From an uncultured Opitutales bacterium (lineage in GTDB: Bacteria; Verrucomicrobiota; Verrucomicrobiia; Opitutales; JBHJGM01): DNA of 64,000 nt. The translations under genes were made by a program, and so were the position numbers. Below are positions 43,330-52,841 of the stretch, in pieces. The stretch is taken from positions 33,180 to 97,179 of the forward strand of contig CAYOPI010000003.1 of NCBI GenBank assembly GCA_964405825.1, in the 5' to 3' direction. Below the pieces are notes generated by a model, which saw only the letters and a program-made list of their open reading frames with translations, searched no databases and had not been told where the DNA came from. How positions within the stretch are numbered: position 1 is the first letter of the stretch; every line of letters starts with the position of its first letter.

Positions 43330-44529
43330 TCAAAGGGCCAGGGCTGCCTCGGCGGCGCGGCGGGCGTTGATGCCAAAGTGATCGAGGCCGAAGTCGCGCA
43401 CATGCGCCAGGGCCTGCTGGCCGATCTGCCCCGCCCAAACCGGGTCATCGGCAAAGCGCTGGAGAGCCGCCTGCAGATCCGCTTCGTTCTCGGGATCGAT
43501 GGTCAGGCCGGTCTGCTCGGGGAGCACGAGGTCTTCGGCCGAGCCCAGCGTTTTTGAGGCGATCACGGGAGTCGCGCAGGCCATCGCCTCGTTCACCACC
43601 AGTCCCCATTCCTCATACAGACTCGGAAGAATAAAGGCACGGGCCAGGGCGTAGAAGATCGGGTTCTGATCGATCTGGCGGAAGCCGTAGAAGTGCACCG
43701 CCGGCTGGGCAGGGTCGTAAGCGGGACGGGGCTCGGGCGCATCGGCCGCGCGCAGGTGGTCGACAACCGGTAGACCGCCTTCGGCACAAAGGCGGCGCAG
43801 TTCGGGCTCCACGTCTCCCGATCCGACAAAGACCAGATGCATCGGGCGACCGTTGGGCTGGTTCAGCTTGAGGAAGGCGCTGACAAGCCGGGGGAGGTTT
43901 TTTTTGGCCACCATGCGCCCGAGGCTCATGAAGTAGTCCGGAGGGAGGGCGAGCTGCTGGCGGGCGGCTTCGGCATCGGTGCGGACCCTGGCGGCCTCGG
44001 CTTCAAAGAAGGCGTTGTCGACCACGTCGTAGCCCGGGAAGATGCGCTCCTCGTCCAGGCCGAGGCTGGCGTAGTAGCGCCGGTGGGGCGAGCCGCCGAC
44101 GAGTCCGGCGTGAAAGCGCGAGACAATCTGCCCCTTGATCCAGCGCTTGAGGCCGGTGGCGCGTTCGGTGCCCGCGTGGGTCTCGTTCATCATCACGATG
44201 CGCGTGCCGCGCAGGCGTGCGCGCAGGTTCATGACCAGCGACCAGTGCCAGTACGAGGGCACAAAAAGCACGTCCGGGCGCAGGCGCTTGAGGGCGGGCA
44301 GGGCCTCGCGCAGCATGCCCATGGGATAGAACTGCATCTCGTGCGCGCCGACGTTGACGTGCTCGATGTCGTCGTAGCCTTCGAGGGTGGTGTAGTCGTA
44401 AATGCCGCTGCTGCGAAAAAGCTCGAGCCCGTGCACGGAGAAGCCTTCGCCAGCGCACTGGCGCGCTCCGCGAAAACGCGCGTAGTGGTAGGGTCCCCAG
44501 TACCCCCAAAGAAAGACCAGGCGTTTCAT
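43330..44529 (-). CDS. Glycosyltransferase family 4/1
   Basis: Motifs FMSLGRMV.KKN...L..AF, HLVFVGSGD and AFILPSLYEEWGLVVNEAMACATPVIAS. Confidence 0.78.
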   Translation of the reverse strand: MKRLVFLWGYWGPYHYARFRGARQCAGEGFSVHGLELFRSSGIYDYTTLEGYDDIEHVNVGAHEMQFYPMGMLREALPALKRLRPDVLFVPSYWHWSLVMNLRARLRGTRIVMMNETHAGTERATGLKRWIKGQIVSRFHAGLVGGSPHRRYYASLGLDEERIFPGYDVVDNAFFEAEAARVRTDAEAARQQLALPPDYFMSLGRMVAKKNLPRLVSAFLKLNQPNGRPMHLVFVGSGDVEPELRRLCAEGGLPVVDHLRAADAPEPRPAYDPAQPAVHFYGFRQIDQNPIFYALARAFILPSLYEEWGLVVNEAMACATPVIASKTLGSAEDLVLPEQTGLTIDPENEADLQAALQRFADDPVWAGQIGQQALAHVRDFGLDHFGINARRAAEAALAL

Positions 44530-44531
44530 CG

Positions 44532-45980
44532 TCAGCGAGAACCGCGGGCCAGCGCCGGCGCACGACGCGGGCGCTGCGGCGGAGGCTTGGGTTCCTCCGC
44601 GGCTTCATCGGACTTCTCCGTAATGGGCCTAAGCTCGCCGGTGGGCAGCAGGACCTTGGCAAAGAACCACCACATCGAGAACGGCAGGACGATCGTGAAG
44701 AGAATGAACTTCAGCAGGGAGACCATGCTGCCGTCGCGGAAGAACTGCACGAGCATGGCGCAGAAGATCAGGTACGGGAAAACCACAAAGGGCGAGGTCT
44801 GGTGGGTCAGGAAAAACCGGTAGAGGAAGGCCAGCGCCACCGCCGCCATCAGTACGTTGAAGAGCGCCCCCGGCAGTCCGCCCGTGATCCAGCCATCGCC
44901 CAGGATACTCAAGGTCAGCCCGATGAAGTTCCCGTAATCGTTCAGGTCGAAGTATGGAACGGGGGGCCCTACCGGCTTGCCTTTCCACAGTTTGCGCGGG
45001 ATCGGTTCGGTCAGCAATTGCAGGTGCTGCACGCCCTGGGAGTACTTGCCGGTCTCCTCGGGCACCTTGTCGATGATGTAGACCAGGAAGTCGAAGTTGG
45101 CGAAGTCCAGCCCGTCGATCTCCTCGAGGAACTGCTTGTCCTTGGTCGGATCCTTGGTGAGCGTGACCGTGGCCATGCCGCGCTTGTAGGCCTTCTCGAT
45201 GGAGGTGTCTTCCATCACCGTGCGCATCCACTCCTGGCCGGCATTGCGGTTCTTGCCCAGCTCGTGAAAGCCGAGGGCGATCCCCGAGCCAACCACCCCG
45301 ACAATGATCATGTCCTTGCCCTTGAACCAGATGCGGCGCTTGTCCCACATGAAGACCAGGAAGATCGCCACCATCGTGAGCAGGATGGTCCAGCGCCCCC
45401 AGCCCTGCGAAAAACGGTAGCCCAGAAAGACAACCAGCGGAACCAGCGAAAGAATCCGCCAGCGAAAGTACCACGCGATCAGAATGCAGACGGGGATCAG
45501 CACGCGCTGGGCGTCGTTGAGGTAGCCCGAGGTGCCGGTCATCACGTACACGCCGCTCTCGGTCATCTCGCCACTCATGCGCGCGCCAAAAACCGAGTAC
45601 AGGCCCAGCGGCGCCAGGATCCCGATGGTCATCCACAGGGCCCGTTTCTCGCCGCCGGTGAGGTCGGCGAAGCGGGGCATGTCAAAGATGCGTTGCGACG
45701 GACAGGTCAGGCTGAAGGCCACCACAAACAGAATCAGGCAGGCGCTGGTGATCTGCAGGGTCTGCGTCATCAACTCCCCGCTGGGCATGAACTCCATGTA
45801 GTCCCAGACCTTGTTGAGGTCGCCCGCGTAGATCAGGGTGGGCCGCACCGTGAAGACGACGGTGTGAAAGGCCAGGTAGTGGGTGACGGGATGGAAGATC
45901 GTCAGCTGCCCGCGGATCGCCACAACCAGCGTTACCAGCAGCAGCAACACCCATTGAAAGACGATCTCGTACAGTCCCAT
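44532..45980 (-). CDS. Polytopic membrane protein, Wzy-type (O-antigen/EPS) polymerase-like
   Basis: 482 aa with more than 10 predicted TM segments and one hydrophilic loop of about 110 aa (NRNAGQEW...PVPYFDLNDYG). Its position inside the EPS cluster supports the call. The family is not verified, and a Wzx-like role cannot be excluded without an HMM search. Confidence 0.5.
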   Translation of the reverse strand: MGLYEIVFQWVLLLLVTLVVAIRGQLTIFHPVTHYLAFHTVVFTVRPTLIYAGDLNKVWDYMEFMPSGELMTQTLQITSACLILFVVAFSLTCPSQRIFDMPRFADLTGGEKRALWMTIGILAPLGLYSVFGARMSGEMTESGVYVMTGTSGYLNDAQRVLIPVCILIAWYFRWRILSLVPLVVFLGYRFSQGWGRWTILLTMVAIFLVFMWDKRRIWFKGKDMIIVGVVGSGIALGFHELGKNRNAGQEWMRTVMEDTSIEKAYKRGMATVTLTKDPTKDKQFLEEIDGLDFANFDFLVYIIDKVPEETGKYSQGVQHLQLLTEPIPRKLWKGKPVGPPVPYFDLNDYGNFIGLTLSILGDGWITGGLPGALFNVLMAAVALAFLYRFFLTHQTSPFVVFPYLIFCAMLVQFFRDGSMVSLLKFILFTIVLPFSMWWFFAKVLLPTGELRPITEKSDEAAEEPKPPPQRPRRAPALARGSR

Positions 45981-45992
45981 CGCTCGAATTCG

Positions 45993-46532
45993 CTACAGGA
46001 GTGGGGGGTCGAAATCCAGCGCGTAGGCAAGCTCGCGCGAGCGGTCTTTAAGCTTACGCGCGGGCGACCCGCCGACAACGGTAAAGGGCTCGACGTCGCG
46101 CGTGACCACGGCTCCGGCCGCCACCACGGCGCCCTCCCCCACGGAGACGCCCGGCAGAATGACCGCCCGGTAACCGATCCAGACGCGGTCGCCCACCACC
46201 ACGTCTCCCCCGGCATTGGCAAAGTCGGGCGAATCCGGATCGTGGCCGAGGGTCAGAATGGTCGCCTCCGGGCCGATGGAGACGTCGCTGCCCAGGCGGA
46301 TGTCGTAGTGGCGTCCGTCGAAGGTGCAGCCAAAGTTCACCACGCAGCGCTCGCCCAGGTAGACCCGCCGGCCGTTGAGAAAGCGGCAGCGCATCTGCAC
46401 GCCCGTGCCCTTGCCGAACTGGCCCAGGTAGGCCTTCAGGTAGGCCCGCCGCACAAAGCGCACCGGAAACGATCCCACCACATGGGTGTACCCGTAGGAG
46501 AGCAGCGTGCCGGCCAGCAGGCGAAGGTTCAT
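45993..46532 (-). CDS. Hexapeptide-repeat acyl/acetyltransferase (maltose/galactoside acetyltransferase-like)
   Basis: Left-handed beta-helix repeats (IRLGSDVSIGPEATIL, VVVGDRVWIGYRAVILPGVSVGEGAVVAAGAVVTRDV.PFTVVGG.PA). It overlaps the upstream gene by 4 nt. Confidence 0.8.
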   Translation of the reverse strand: MNLRLLAGTLLSYGYTHVVGSFPVRFVRRAYLKAYLGQFGKGTGVQMRCRFLNGRRVYLGERCVVNFGCTFDGRHYDIRLGSDVSIGPEATILTLGHDPDSPDFANAGGDVVVGDRVWIGYRAVILPGVSVGEGAVVAAGAVVTRDVEPFTVVGGSPARKLKDRSRELAYALDFDPPLL

Positions 46533-47845
46533 TGGCGGTCAGTCTGGGGTTCGCCCCACAGAAAAGCCATGAAGCGTTCGGGCGAGTTGAACGCCTGCGC
46601 CGCGGGTCGGCGGGCGGTGGCGGCGTCGAGGTGTTCGCCGATCTGATCGTGCATCTGCTTGAGGGCGTCGACCAGAGGCTCGACCTCGCCGTCGGGCACC
46701 TTCAGCCCGTAGGCCCAGCGGTCAACCGCGCGCGACAGCCAGGTGTCATCGGTCACGATCATCGGCAGGCCGGCCGTACCGGCTTCGGCCACCTGGTTGG
46801 ACTGGCGCGCGAAGTACGAGGTCCACCGATACGGCAGCACCACGCAGTGCGCGTTGAGGAAAAGATCCTCGTACTGCTCGGAGCTGAGAAAATCCGTAAC
46901 CAGTTGCACGCGATCATCCTCGCGAAACGCGGTGGCGGGCTCCATCGGCTCGTCGTTGTCGACCAGCATCTGGTTGGGCCAGTGAAAGACAAAGCGCACG
47001 CGGTCCTCGGGGTAGCGCTCGAGGTACTTCAGGATGGCGTCGTGGAAGACGTCGCTGCCCTTCTCGTGGCGCACTGGACCCAGGGTGATGAAGCGCACGG
47101 GGTCGCCGTTTTGCGGGACCGTGGACTGGCGCACGTTGACCGGGACCGCCGGAGAGGGAATCTCGTTGAAGGGCACACCGGCGAGGATCTCAAACTCCCG
47201 GGAGGTCTGGTCGCTGTCGTTGGCGAAGCAGACCTTGCCCTGGGCCTCCCATTTGGCGAAGCGCTTGATGAAGAAGCGCGCCAGCGCCGCCGAGCGCCCG
47301 AACCTCGGCTCGGGGTCACCCTTCTCGTAGGTGCCGTGGCCGGTGATGACGAAGAAGAACAGCCGCTGGAAGTCCTTGCCCAGGTGCTTGCGGCAGAGCA
47401 GGTACCAGGCGATCAGCTGGTGGATGCGCACGGTCGAAACGAGGATGCAGTCGGCCTTGCCCTCGCGCTTGAGAATGGCCGCATTCTCGCGCCAGTTGTG
47501 CCAGGTGTAGTAGAAAAACCGATACAGCCCATGCAGCGGCGTCTTCGCCGGCCCCTTGCGAAACCACCACGAGCGCCTGAAGTGCTTCACCGCACCCAGT
47601 TCCTGCGCCAGATCGTCCTTCAGCTCGCGATGGGCGTAAACCTTGACCTCGTAGCCGCGCGCCTGGTTGAGGCGCTTGATCGATTTGTTCCACTGGAAGA
47701 AGTGCCCGGAGGGACCAATCAGGCACTCCTCGACGATGATCAGCTTGCGGGGCCCGGCGCCCTCCCTGGCTTCGGCGTTCACGGCGGCGCAATCCTGTAA
47801 GAATCCGGCAGCGGCTTCAGCCCGAAGCCACGCCGGCGTCGGCAA
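46529..47845 (-). CDS. Putative glycosyltransferase (GT-B-like, divergent)
   Basis: 438-aa ORF. Only the C-terminal region resembles a GT-B donor domain (VRFITLGPVRHEKG.D....A, VVLPYRW.SYFARQSNQVAEAGTAGLPMIVTD). The annotated start overlaps the epimerase 3' end by 29 nt, so the true start may lie downstream. Confidence 0.45.
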   Translation of the reverse strand: MPTPAWLRAEAAAGFLQDCAAVNAEAREGAGPRKLIIVEECLIGPSGHFFQWNKSIKRLNQARGYEVKVYAHRELKDDLAQELGAVKHFRRSWWFRKGPAKTPLHGLYRFFYYTWHNWRENAAILKREGKADCILVSTVRIHQLIAWYLLCRKHLGKDFQRLFFFVITGHGTYEKGDPEPRFGRSAALARFFIKRFAKWEAQGKVCFANDSDQTSREFEILAGVPFNEIPSPAVPVNVRQSTVPQNGDPVRFITLGPVRHEKGSDVFHDAILKYLERYPEDRVRFVFHWPNQMLVDNDEPMEPATAFREDDRVQLVTDFLSSEQYEDLFLNAHCVVLPYRWTSYFARQSNQVAEAGTAGLPMIVTDDTWLSRAVDRWAYGLKVPDGEVEPLVDALKQMHDQIGEHLDAATARRPAAQAFNSPERFMAFLWGEPQTDRQ

Positions 47846-48845
47846 AGACCTGCTTGTACCAGCCGACCATCCGGCGCATGCCCTCCTCCAGGCTCACGTT
47901 GAGCTTGAATTCGTTGCCGAGCACGGCGGTCAGCAGCTTGCTGTCGCTGCTCTTGATGAAGCGGCCCTCGGGCTTGGAGCGGTCGGCCTCGATGACGATC
48001 TCCAATCCGGCGGCCCTGGCGATCAACGCCACCAGATCGCGGATGGCGATGGTGTCCTCGAAGCCGATGTTGACGGGGCGGTCGCTGAAACCTTTTTCCA
48101 CGAGTGCCATCATGATGCGGGCGCAATCCTCGGCGTGCACGTAGTTGCGGCGCTGGTTGCCCGAGCCCCACATCACGCAGGGATTCTCGCCGTCGAGCAC
48201 GCGCTTGACGAGCATGGGGATGGCCTGGGAGTACTCGCCGGCCCAGTTGTAATGCTCGCCGTAAATGTTGAAGGGGCGCACGATGGTCATCGCGATGCCG
48301 GTCTCACGCTTGTAAATGTCGGCCTTCATCTCGAGCATGCGCTTGGCCCAGCCGTAGCCCCAGTTGGCGCGTTCGGGCTCGCCGCTCCAGGGCACGCTGT
48401 CGGGCATCGGCGTGGGCCCGTCGTCGGAGTAGACGCAGCTGGTGCTGGTGAGCAGGACCTGCCTGGGTTTGTGCGCGGCGATGGCGTCGAGCGTGTTGGT
48501 GTTGATGCGCTCGTTGAAGCGAAACATCTCGTGGTGATGCCCCTGGCTGTAACCCACCCCGTAGGCCCGCGAGGCCAGGTGAAAGACGATCTCGGCGCCT
48601 TCCAGGGAGGCTTCGGCAAAATCCGGGTCCTCCAGCGTGCCGTGGCGGTAGTCCACGCGGTCGCGCAACTGCGGCACAAAGTGCCAGGTACCTTTGGACT
48701 CGTCGTCGACCAGAATCACTCTGGCCTCGGCTTCCAGAAGCTTCGTCACCAGGAAGGACCCAATCAGGCCCAATCCTCCCGTCACGGCGACGGGCTTGTC
48801 CTTGTAAAACTGCTCCATGTGTTGCTCAGATGTTAGGGCCTGCAC
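47817..48845 (-). CDS. NAD-dependent nucleotide-sugar epimerase/dehydratase (SDR)
   Basis: Rossmann motif VAVTGGLGLIGSFLV, then S.S.VY and the YxxxK motif (YGWAKRMLE). Confidence 0.85.
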   Translation of the reverse strand: MQALTSEQHMEQFYKDKPVAVTGGLGLIGSFLVTKLLEAEARVILVDDESKGTWHFVPQLRDRVDYRHGTLEDPDFAEASLEGAEIVFHLASRAYGVGYSQGHHHEMFRFNERINTNTLDAIAAHKPRQVLLTSTSCVYSDDGPTPMPDSVPWSGEPERANWGYGWAKRMLEMKADIYKRETGIAMTIVRPFNIYGEHYNWAGEYSQAIPMLVKRVLDGENPCVMWGSGNQRRNYVHAEDCARIMMALVEKGFSDRPVNIGFEDTIAIRDLVALIARAAGLEIVIEADRSKPEGRFIKSSDSKLLTAVLGNEFKLNVSLEEGMRRMVGWYKQVFADAGVASG

Positions 48846-48996
48846 TCATATCGGCGTAAATGCACGGGGCTTGAACGCTGGGGCCTGTCAGAAAAATCGC
48901 AAGAACCATGATTGCCCTCGGACACCCCCACGGCAGCTTTGCCTTGGGACGCAAAATCGCTCTGGCGGGCGCATCGTCGAATCCTTCGGACAGGCT

Positions 48997-50022
48997 CTAG
49001 CTGGCCCAGTGCCAACCGGCCGCTTCGAGGATTTTTCGCTGACCCTCATGCAGATGGGCCACGCGCTGGTCCGGGGCATAGCGATGCCCGACAAAGCGTG
49101 ACTGCAGCGAGCGCACCTTGCGCGAGAGCGTCAGCCCCATGCGGTAGGGCAGGCGGTTAGGGTACGGGTCGAGCAATTCGCGAATCCGGCGGGCCTGGGC
49201 GAGCGACTTCTCCGAGCTGTATTCCTCGAGCGCGTTGGCGTTGTCCCACAGGCGCAAGCGGTAGCGGTACCAGCCCAAGGGCTCCTCGTTGGGGTGGTGC
49301 TGCAGATACAGTTCACGCTGACGCAGCTGCGCTTCGGCCCAATGGGTGAAGAAGCGCTCGAGCTTGCTCTTGTCCGAGGTCAGCTTGTTGGTCGGCCCGT
49401 CGGAGCGGTACAGCAGCAGCGAGCGCGGCGAGAAAACCATCGACGAGCCCGTCAGCAGCGTCTGCATGAGGAACACCTGGTCCTCGCCGGCGAACAGGTC
49501 GACCGGGAAGCGCACGTTGTGCTTCTCCAGGGTGGAGCGGCGGAAGAGCCCGCTTTGCAGCACGACGCTCCAGGTCGTCATCAGAGTCTTGGCCAGGTCG
49601 GAACTGCGGGGGAGCCCGCGGCTTTGCAGGACCATCCCGTCGCCGGTCAGCCGGTCGGCGTCGATGCGCACTTTCGTCCAGGGTCCGTAGGCCACATCGG
49701 CCCCGCTGTGGTCGAGCTGGCGCACCTGGCAGAAAAGCTTCTCGGAGGTCGGGATGTCGTCGCTGTCCATGAACTCGACGTACTCGCCCTGGGCCACCTG
49801 CAGGCCGGTGTTGCGCGCCGCACCCGGGCCGCCGTTGGCCTGCTCGATCACCCGCACGCGATGCCCGTAGCGCGTGCGCACGTAGTCCGCGGAGCCGTCG
49901 GTGGAGCCGTCATCCACCACGATGACCTCATCGGGCGGACGGTGCTGGTTGAGCACGGCGTCGAGGGTCGCCCCGATCACGTCAGCGCGGTTGTAGCAGG
50001 GAATGATGACCGAGACCTTCAT
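48997..50022 (-). CDS. Glycosyltransferase family 2
   Basis: From the ATG at 50022: MKVSVIIPCYNRADVIGATLDAVLNQ....EVIVVDDGSTDGS ... NGGPGAARN.G......EYV.FMDSDD. It has an ATGA overlap with the ABC gene stop. Confidence 0.88.
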   Translation of the reverse strand: MKVSVIIPCYNRADVIGATLDAVLNQHRPPDEVIVVDDGSTDGSADYVRTRYGHRVRVIEQANGGPGAARNTGLQVAQGEYVEFMDSDDIPTSEKLFCQVRQLDHSGADVAYGPWTKVRIDADRLTGDGMVLQSRGLPRSSDLAKTLMTTWSVVLQSGLFRRSTLEKHNVRFPVDLFAGEDQVFLMQTLLTGSSMVFSPRSLLLYRSDGPTNKLTSDKSKLERFFTHWAEAQLRQRELYLQHHPNEEPLGWYRYRLRLWDNANALEEYSSEKSLAQARRIRELLDPYPNRLPYRMGLTLSRKVRSLQSRFVGHRYAPDQRVAHLHEGQRKILEAAGWHWAS

Positions 50023-51851
50023 CGAACGGCCTCCCGGGCCAGTTCCCGGAATTCTGGGCACTTGTCGGCCAGCTCGCTGAAGTTGCCCGAGGACAGCAGC
50101 TGGCCTTCGCGCAGGAAGTACAGGCAGTCGGAGTTGCGCACCGTGCTCAGGCGGTGAGCGATGGCGATGATCGTCATCTCGCCCGGAAGGCTGTCGACCG
50201 CGCGCACGAACTGGGCCTCGGTGGCGTTGTCCAGGGCGCTGGTGGCCTCGTCGAGAATGAGCACGGACGGGCGATGGTAGAGCGCCCGCGCCAGGCCCAC
50301 GCGCTGGCGTTGACCGCCGCTGAGGCGCACCCCGCGCTCGCCGGTCACGGTGTCGAACCCGTCCTTGAGTTCGTCGTTGATGAACGAAGTCAGCTGCGCC
50401 ATCTCGGCCACCTCGTGCAGGCGGTCGTCGTCGATCTCCTTGCGACCCAGGCCCAGGGCGATGTTCTCGGCCAGGGTCGCGTCGATCAGGAAAATCTCCT
50501 GCGGCACGTAGCCCACGCACTGGCGCCACTGACGCAGGAACTCCCTGTCCAGCTGCCGTCCGTCGACCAGCACCTGGTCCGGCTCGACCTCCAGCAGGCC
50601 CAGCATGATGTCCACGAGGGTCGACTTGCCCGAGCCCGAGGGGCCGATGAAGGCTACGCGCTCGCCCTTGCGAATGGTCAGGCTCAGGTCGCGGATGGTT
50701 GTGCGCGAGGCGTTGGGGTAGACAAAGTTCAGTTTGCGAAACTCGATGTTGCGCTGCAGCACGTGACGCTCGGGCATCGGGGTGGTCTGCTGCAGGCGCA
50801 GGGGAATGGAGGGATCGTCACCGCCGCGCAGGTCGTTGTAGAGGCTGTCCACCGTGAACATGTGCGTCTGGATGTGGCTGGTCTGGTTGTAGATCAGCTG
50901 GACGGTGGGCAGCAGCTTGTACCCGGCAAAGGCGTAGGCCGACAGCAGCGGCACGATTTCGATCAGGCTGCGCCCGGTCTGATCGAAGTACAGGCACAGG
51001 CCAATCACCCCGCAAAAGGCGACCGCCTCGAGGCTGTAACGAGGCATGCCGGCAAAGATCGGGATGCGCGACTGCAGCTTGGCCAGCCGGAGCGCGGCCG
51101 CGCGGAAACGCCACAGAAAACGGTTCGTGCACTGGTGCACCAGCAGCGGCTTGATCCCCGCCAGCAACTCCTGCGAGGACCGGAAACGTACCGAAAACAG
51201 CGGGTTCATCTCCTCGCTGATGCCGCGAAAGACCGGCTGGGTGATGAAGAAAATCGCCGCGTAGCAGACCCCCAGGACGGCGATCGCGACCAGGCCGGCC
51301 TGCGGCTCCAGCGCGATCAGAAACAGAATCATCCCAATCGCCATCACGATGCGCGTGAAGGTGTCCAGCAGCGGCAGCAGCACGAACGAGCAGAACAGCG
51401 CCACATCGCCCTGGATGCGCTTGAGCAGCTCACCCGAGTTGTTCTCCACGTGGAAGAGGTAGGGCTTGTCGGAGTAATGCTTGAGCAGTTCCACGGCCAG
51501 GCCCATGGAGGTGTACTGGGCAAAGCGCGCCCGCGCGTAGTCGCCCAGCAGCCCCATCCCCGCGTTGGCCAGCAGGAACGTGATCGCGGTGCAGCCCAGC
51601 AGCAGCACGACGTTGCCGCTGTCGACGAAAGGCAGCAGCGAGGTCACCGTCCGGCCCCAGTCCGACTCAAGGAACGCATTGGGGTCCAGCGCGATGGAAA
51701 GAAACTGCATGACCATCAGGATGGCCGTCACTTGCAAAATCGCCTGGACCACCCCGATGCTCCAGACCATCGCAATGCGGCGGCGCCCGTACGGCACCAT
51801 CAAAGCCGACAGCTTCTTGAAGAAGGTACCCAGACCACGGAGCTTTTTCAT
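50019..51851 (-). CDS. ABC exporter, fused permease plus ATPase (MsbA/PglK-like)
   Basis: From the ATG at 51851 (MKKLRGLGTFFKKL..). The N-terminal six-TM domain is followed by Walker A GPSGSGKST, signature LSGGQRQRVGLARAL and Walker B ILILDEATSALD. It has an ATGA overlap with the sulfotransferase stop. Confidence 0.9.
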   Translation of the reverse strand: MKKLRGLGTFFKKLSALMVPYGRRRIAMVWSIGVVQAILQVTAILMVMQFLSIALDPNAFLESDWGRTVTSLLPFVDSGNVVLLLGCTAITFLLANAGMGLLGDYARARFAQYTSMGLAVELLKHYSDKPYLFHVENNSGELLKRIQGDVALFCSFVLLPLLDTFTRIVMAIGMILFLIALEPQAGLVAIAVLGVCYAAIFFITQPVFRGISEEMNPLFSVRFRSSQELLAGIKPLLVHQCTNRFLWRFRAAALRLAKLQSRIPIFAGMPRYSLEAVAFCGVIGLCLYFDQTGRSLIEIVPLLSAYAFAGYKLLPTVQLIYNQTSHIQTHMFTVDSLYNDLRGGDDPSIPLRLQQTTPMPERHVLQRNIEFRKLNFVYPNASRTTIRDLSLTIRKGERVAFIGPSGSGKSTLVDIMLGLLEVEPDQVLVDGRQLDREFLRQWRQCVGYVPQEIFLIDATLAENIALGLGRKEIDDDRLHEVAEMAQLTSFINDELKDGFDTVTGERGVRLSGGQRQRVGLARALYHRPSVLILDEATSALDNATEAQFVRAVDSLPGEMTIIAIAHRLSTVRNSDCLYFLREGQLLSSGNFSELADKCPEFRELAREAVR

Positions 51852-52690
51852 GCTTGTTTGAGCCCGGCGGTCTGCCCCGACGGCAGGTAGCCGAATTGCT
51901 CCATCGTCGGGCCGCAAATCTCGAGGAAACAGGCCATGTCCTCGTCGGTGAAGAGTCTGCGCCAGTCTTCGGTCTTGGCACCACCATAAAAGGACAGGAT
52001 CGCGGTGGTGTCGGCCACGCGGTACAGGCGGCGCAGGCGCACCTGCCAGCGGTTGCCGGGCTTGGGCGGCAGCGGCGGATTGCGAAGTTGCACCGCCTCG
52101 CCGATGAACTGGCCCAGTTCCTTGAGCGTGTCGGCCGTATGCTTGAGCATGTCCTCGCAGCGGATGGTCTTCACCCCGGGCTTTTGGGTCCACTGGTTCA
52201 TGTGCCGCACCCAGTAGTGCAGGTGGGGTGCGGGGTGCTCCGGGTCGCCGCGCAGGAACTCCGGAAAGGGGCGGCGGGCACTCTCGTTGAAGCTCTGCAG
52301 GAACAGGTAAAACGAACTCATGACCGAGCGACCGTCACGCACGACGTAAATGAAATCGGCCTCGCTCAAGAGCCACTCGCGGAATTCCGGGGTGTGCTCA
52401 ACCAGGTGAGGCAGGTCGGGCTCCATGTGGGTCTTCACCAACGGGCGCTGGCCTCGCTGGAGGATCTTTTTCATCCACTGCGGGCGGCGGCGGTACTTCT
52501 CCAAGGTCAGCGCCTCGGCCGAAAAATAGTGGTTGTGGACCGTCTCCAGCGGCTGGGTCAGGGTGCGGCAGGCCGGCACGTTGCGGCGCAGGGTGTCCAG
52601 GGTCAGGTGCGTGCCCGAGCGCGGGTGGCTGCAAACCACAATGGGTTTGCCCACATCATCAAAAAAGCCCTGGGGAAGTGTCATCCTCAT
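51848..52690 (-). CDS. PAPS-dependent sulfotransferase-domain protein
   Basis: The 5'-PSB loop is VVCSHPRSGTHL and the 3'-PB-like motif is YVVRDGRSVMSSFY. The size (280 aa) is typical of cytosolic-type sulfotransferases. Confidence 0.75.
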   Translation of the reverse strand: MRMTLPQGFFDDVGKPIVVCSHPRSGTHLTLDTLRRNVPACRTLTQPLETVHNHYFSAEALTLEKYRRRPQWMKKILQRGQRPLVKTHMEPDLPHLVEHTPEFREWLLSEADFIYVVRDGRSVMSSFYLFLQSFNESARRPFPEFLRGDPEHPAPHLHYWVRHMNQWTQKPGVKTIRCEDMLKHTADTLKELGQFIGEAVQLRNPPLPPKPGNRWQVRLRRLYRVADTTAILSFYGGAKTEDWRRLFTDEDMACFLEICGPTMEQFGYLPSGQTAGLKQA

Positions 52691-52841
52691 CTGTGGAAAT
52701 TCGCTTCAGCAATTCGCGATCCGGTAAAAGACCGTATTGCACCGATCAAGGGGACCATCGACAAGCCCGCAAACGGCCTTAAAGCCTTGAATAACGCCCC
52801 CTTGTAAGGAATTCGCCACCGGCTTGTAACCGGGGGCATCG

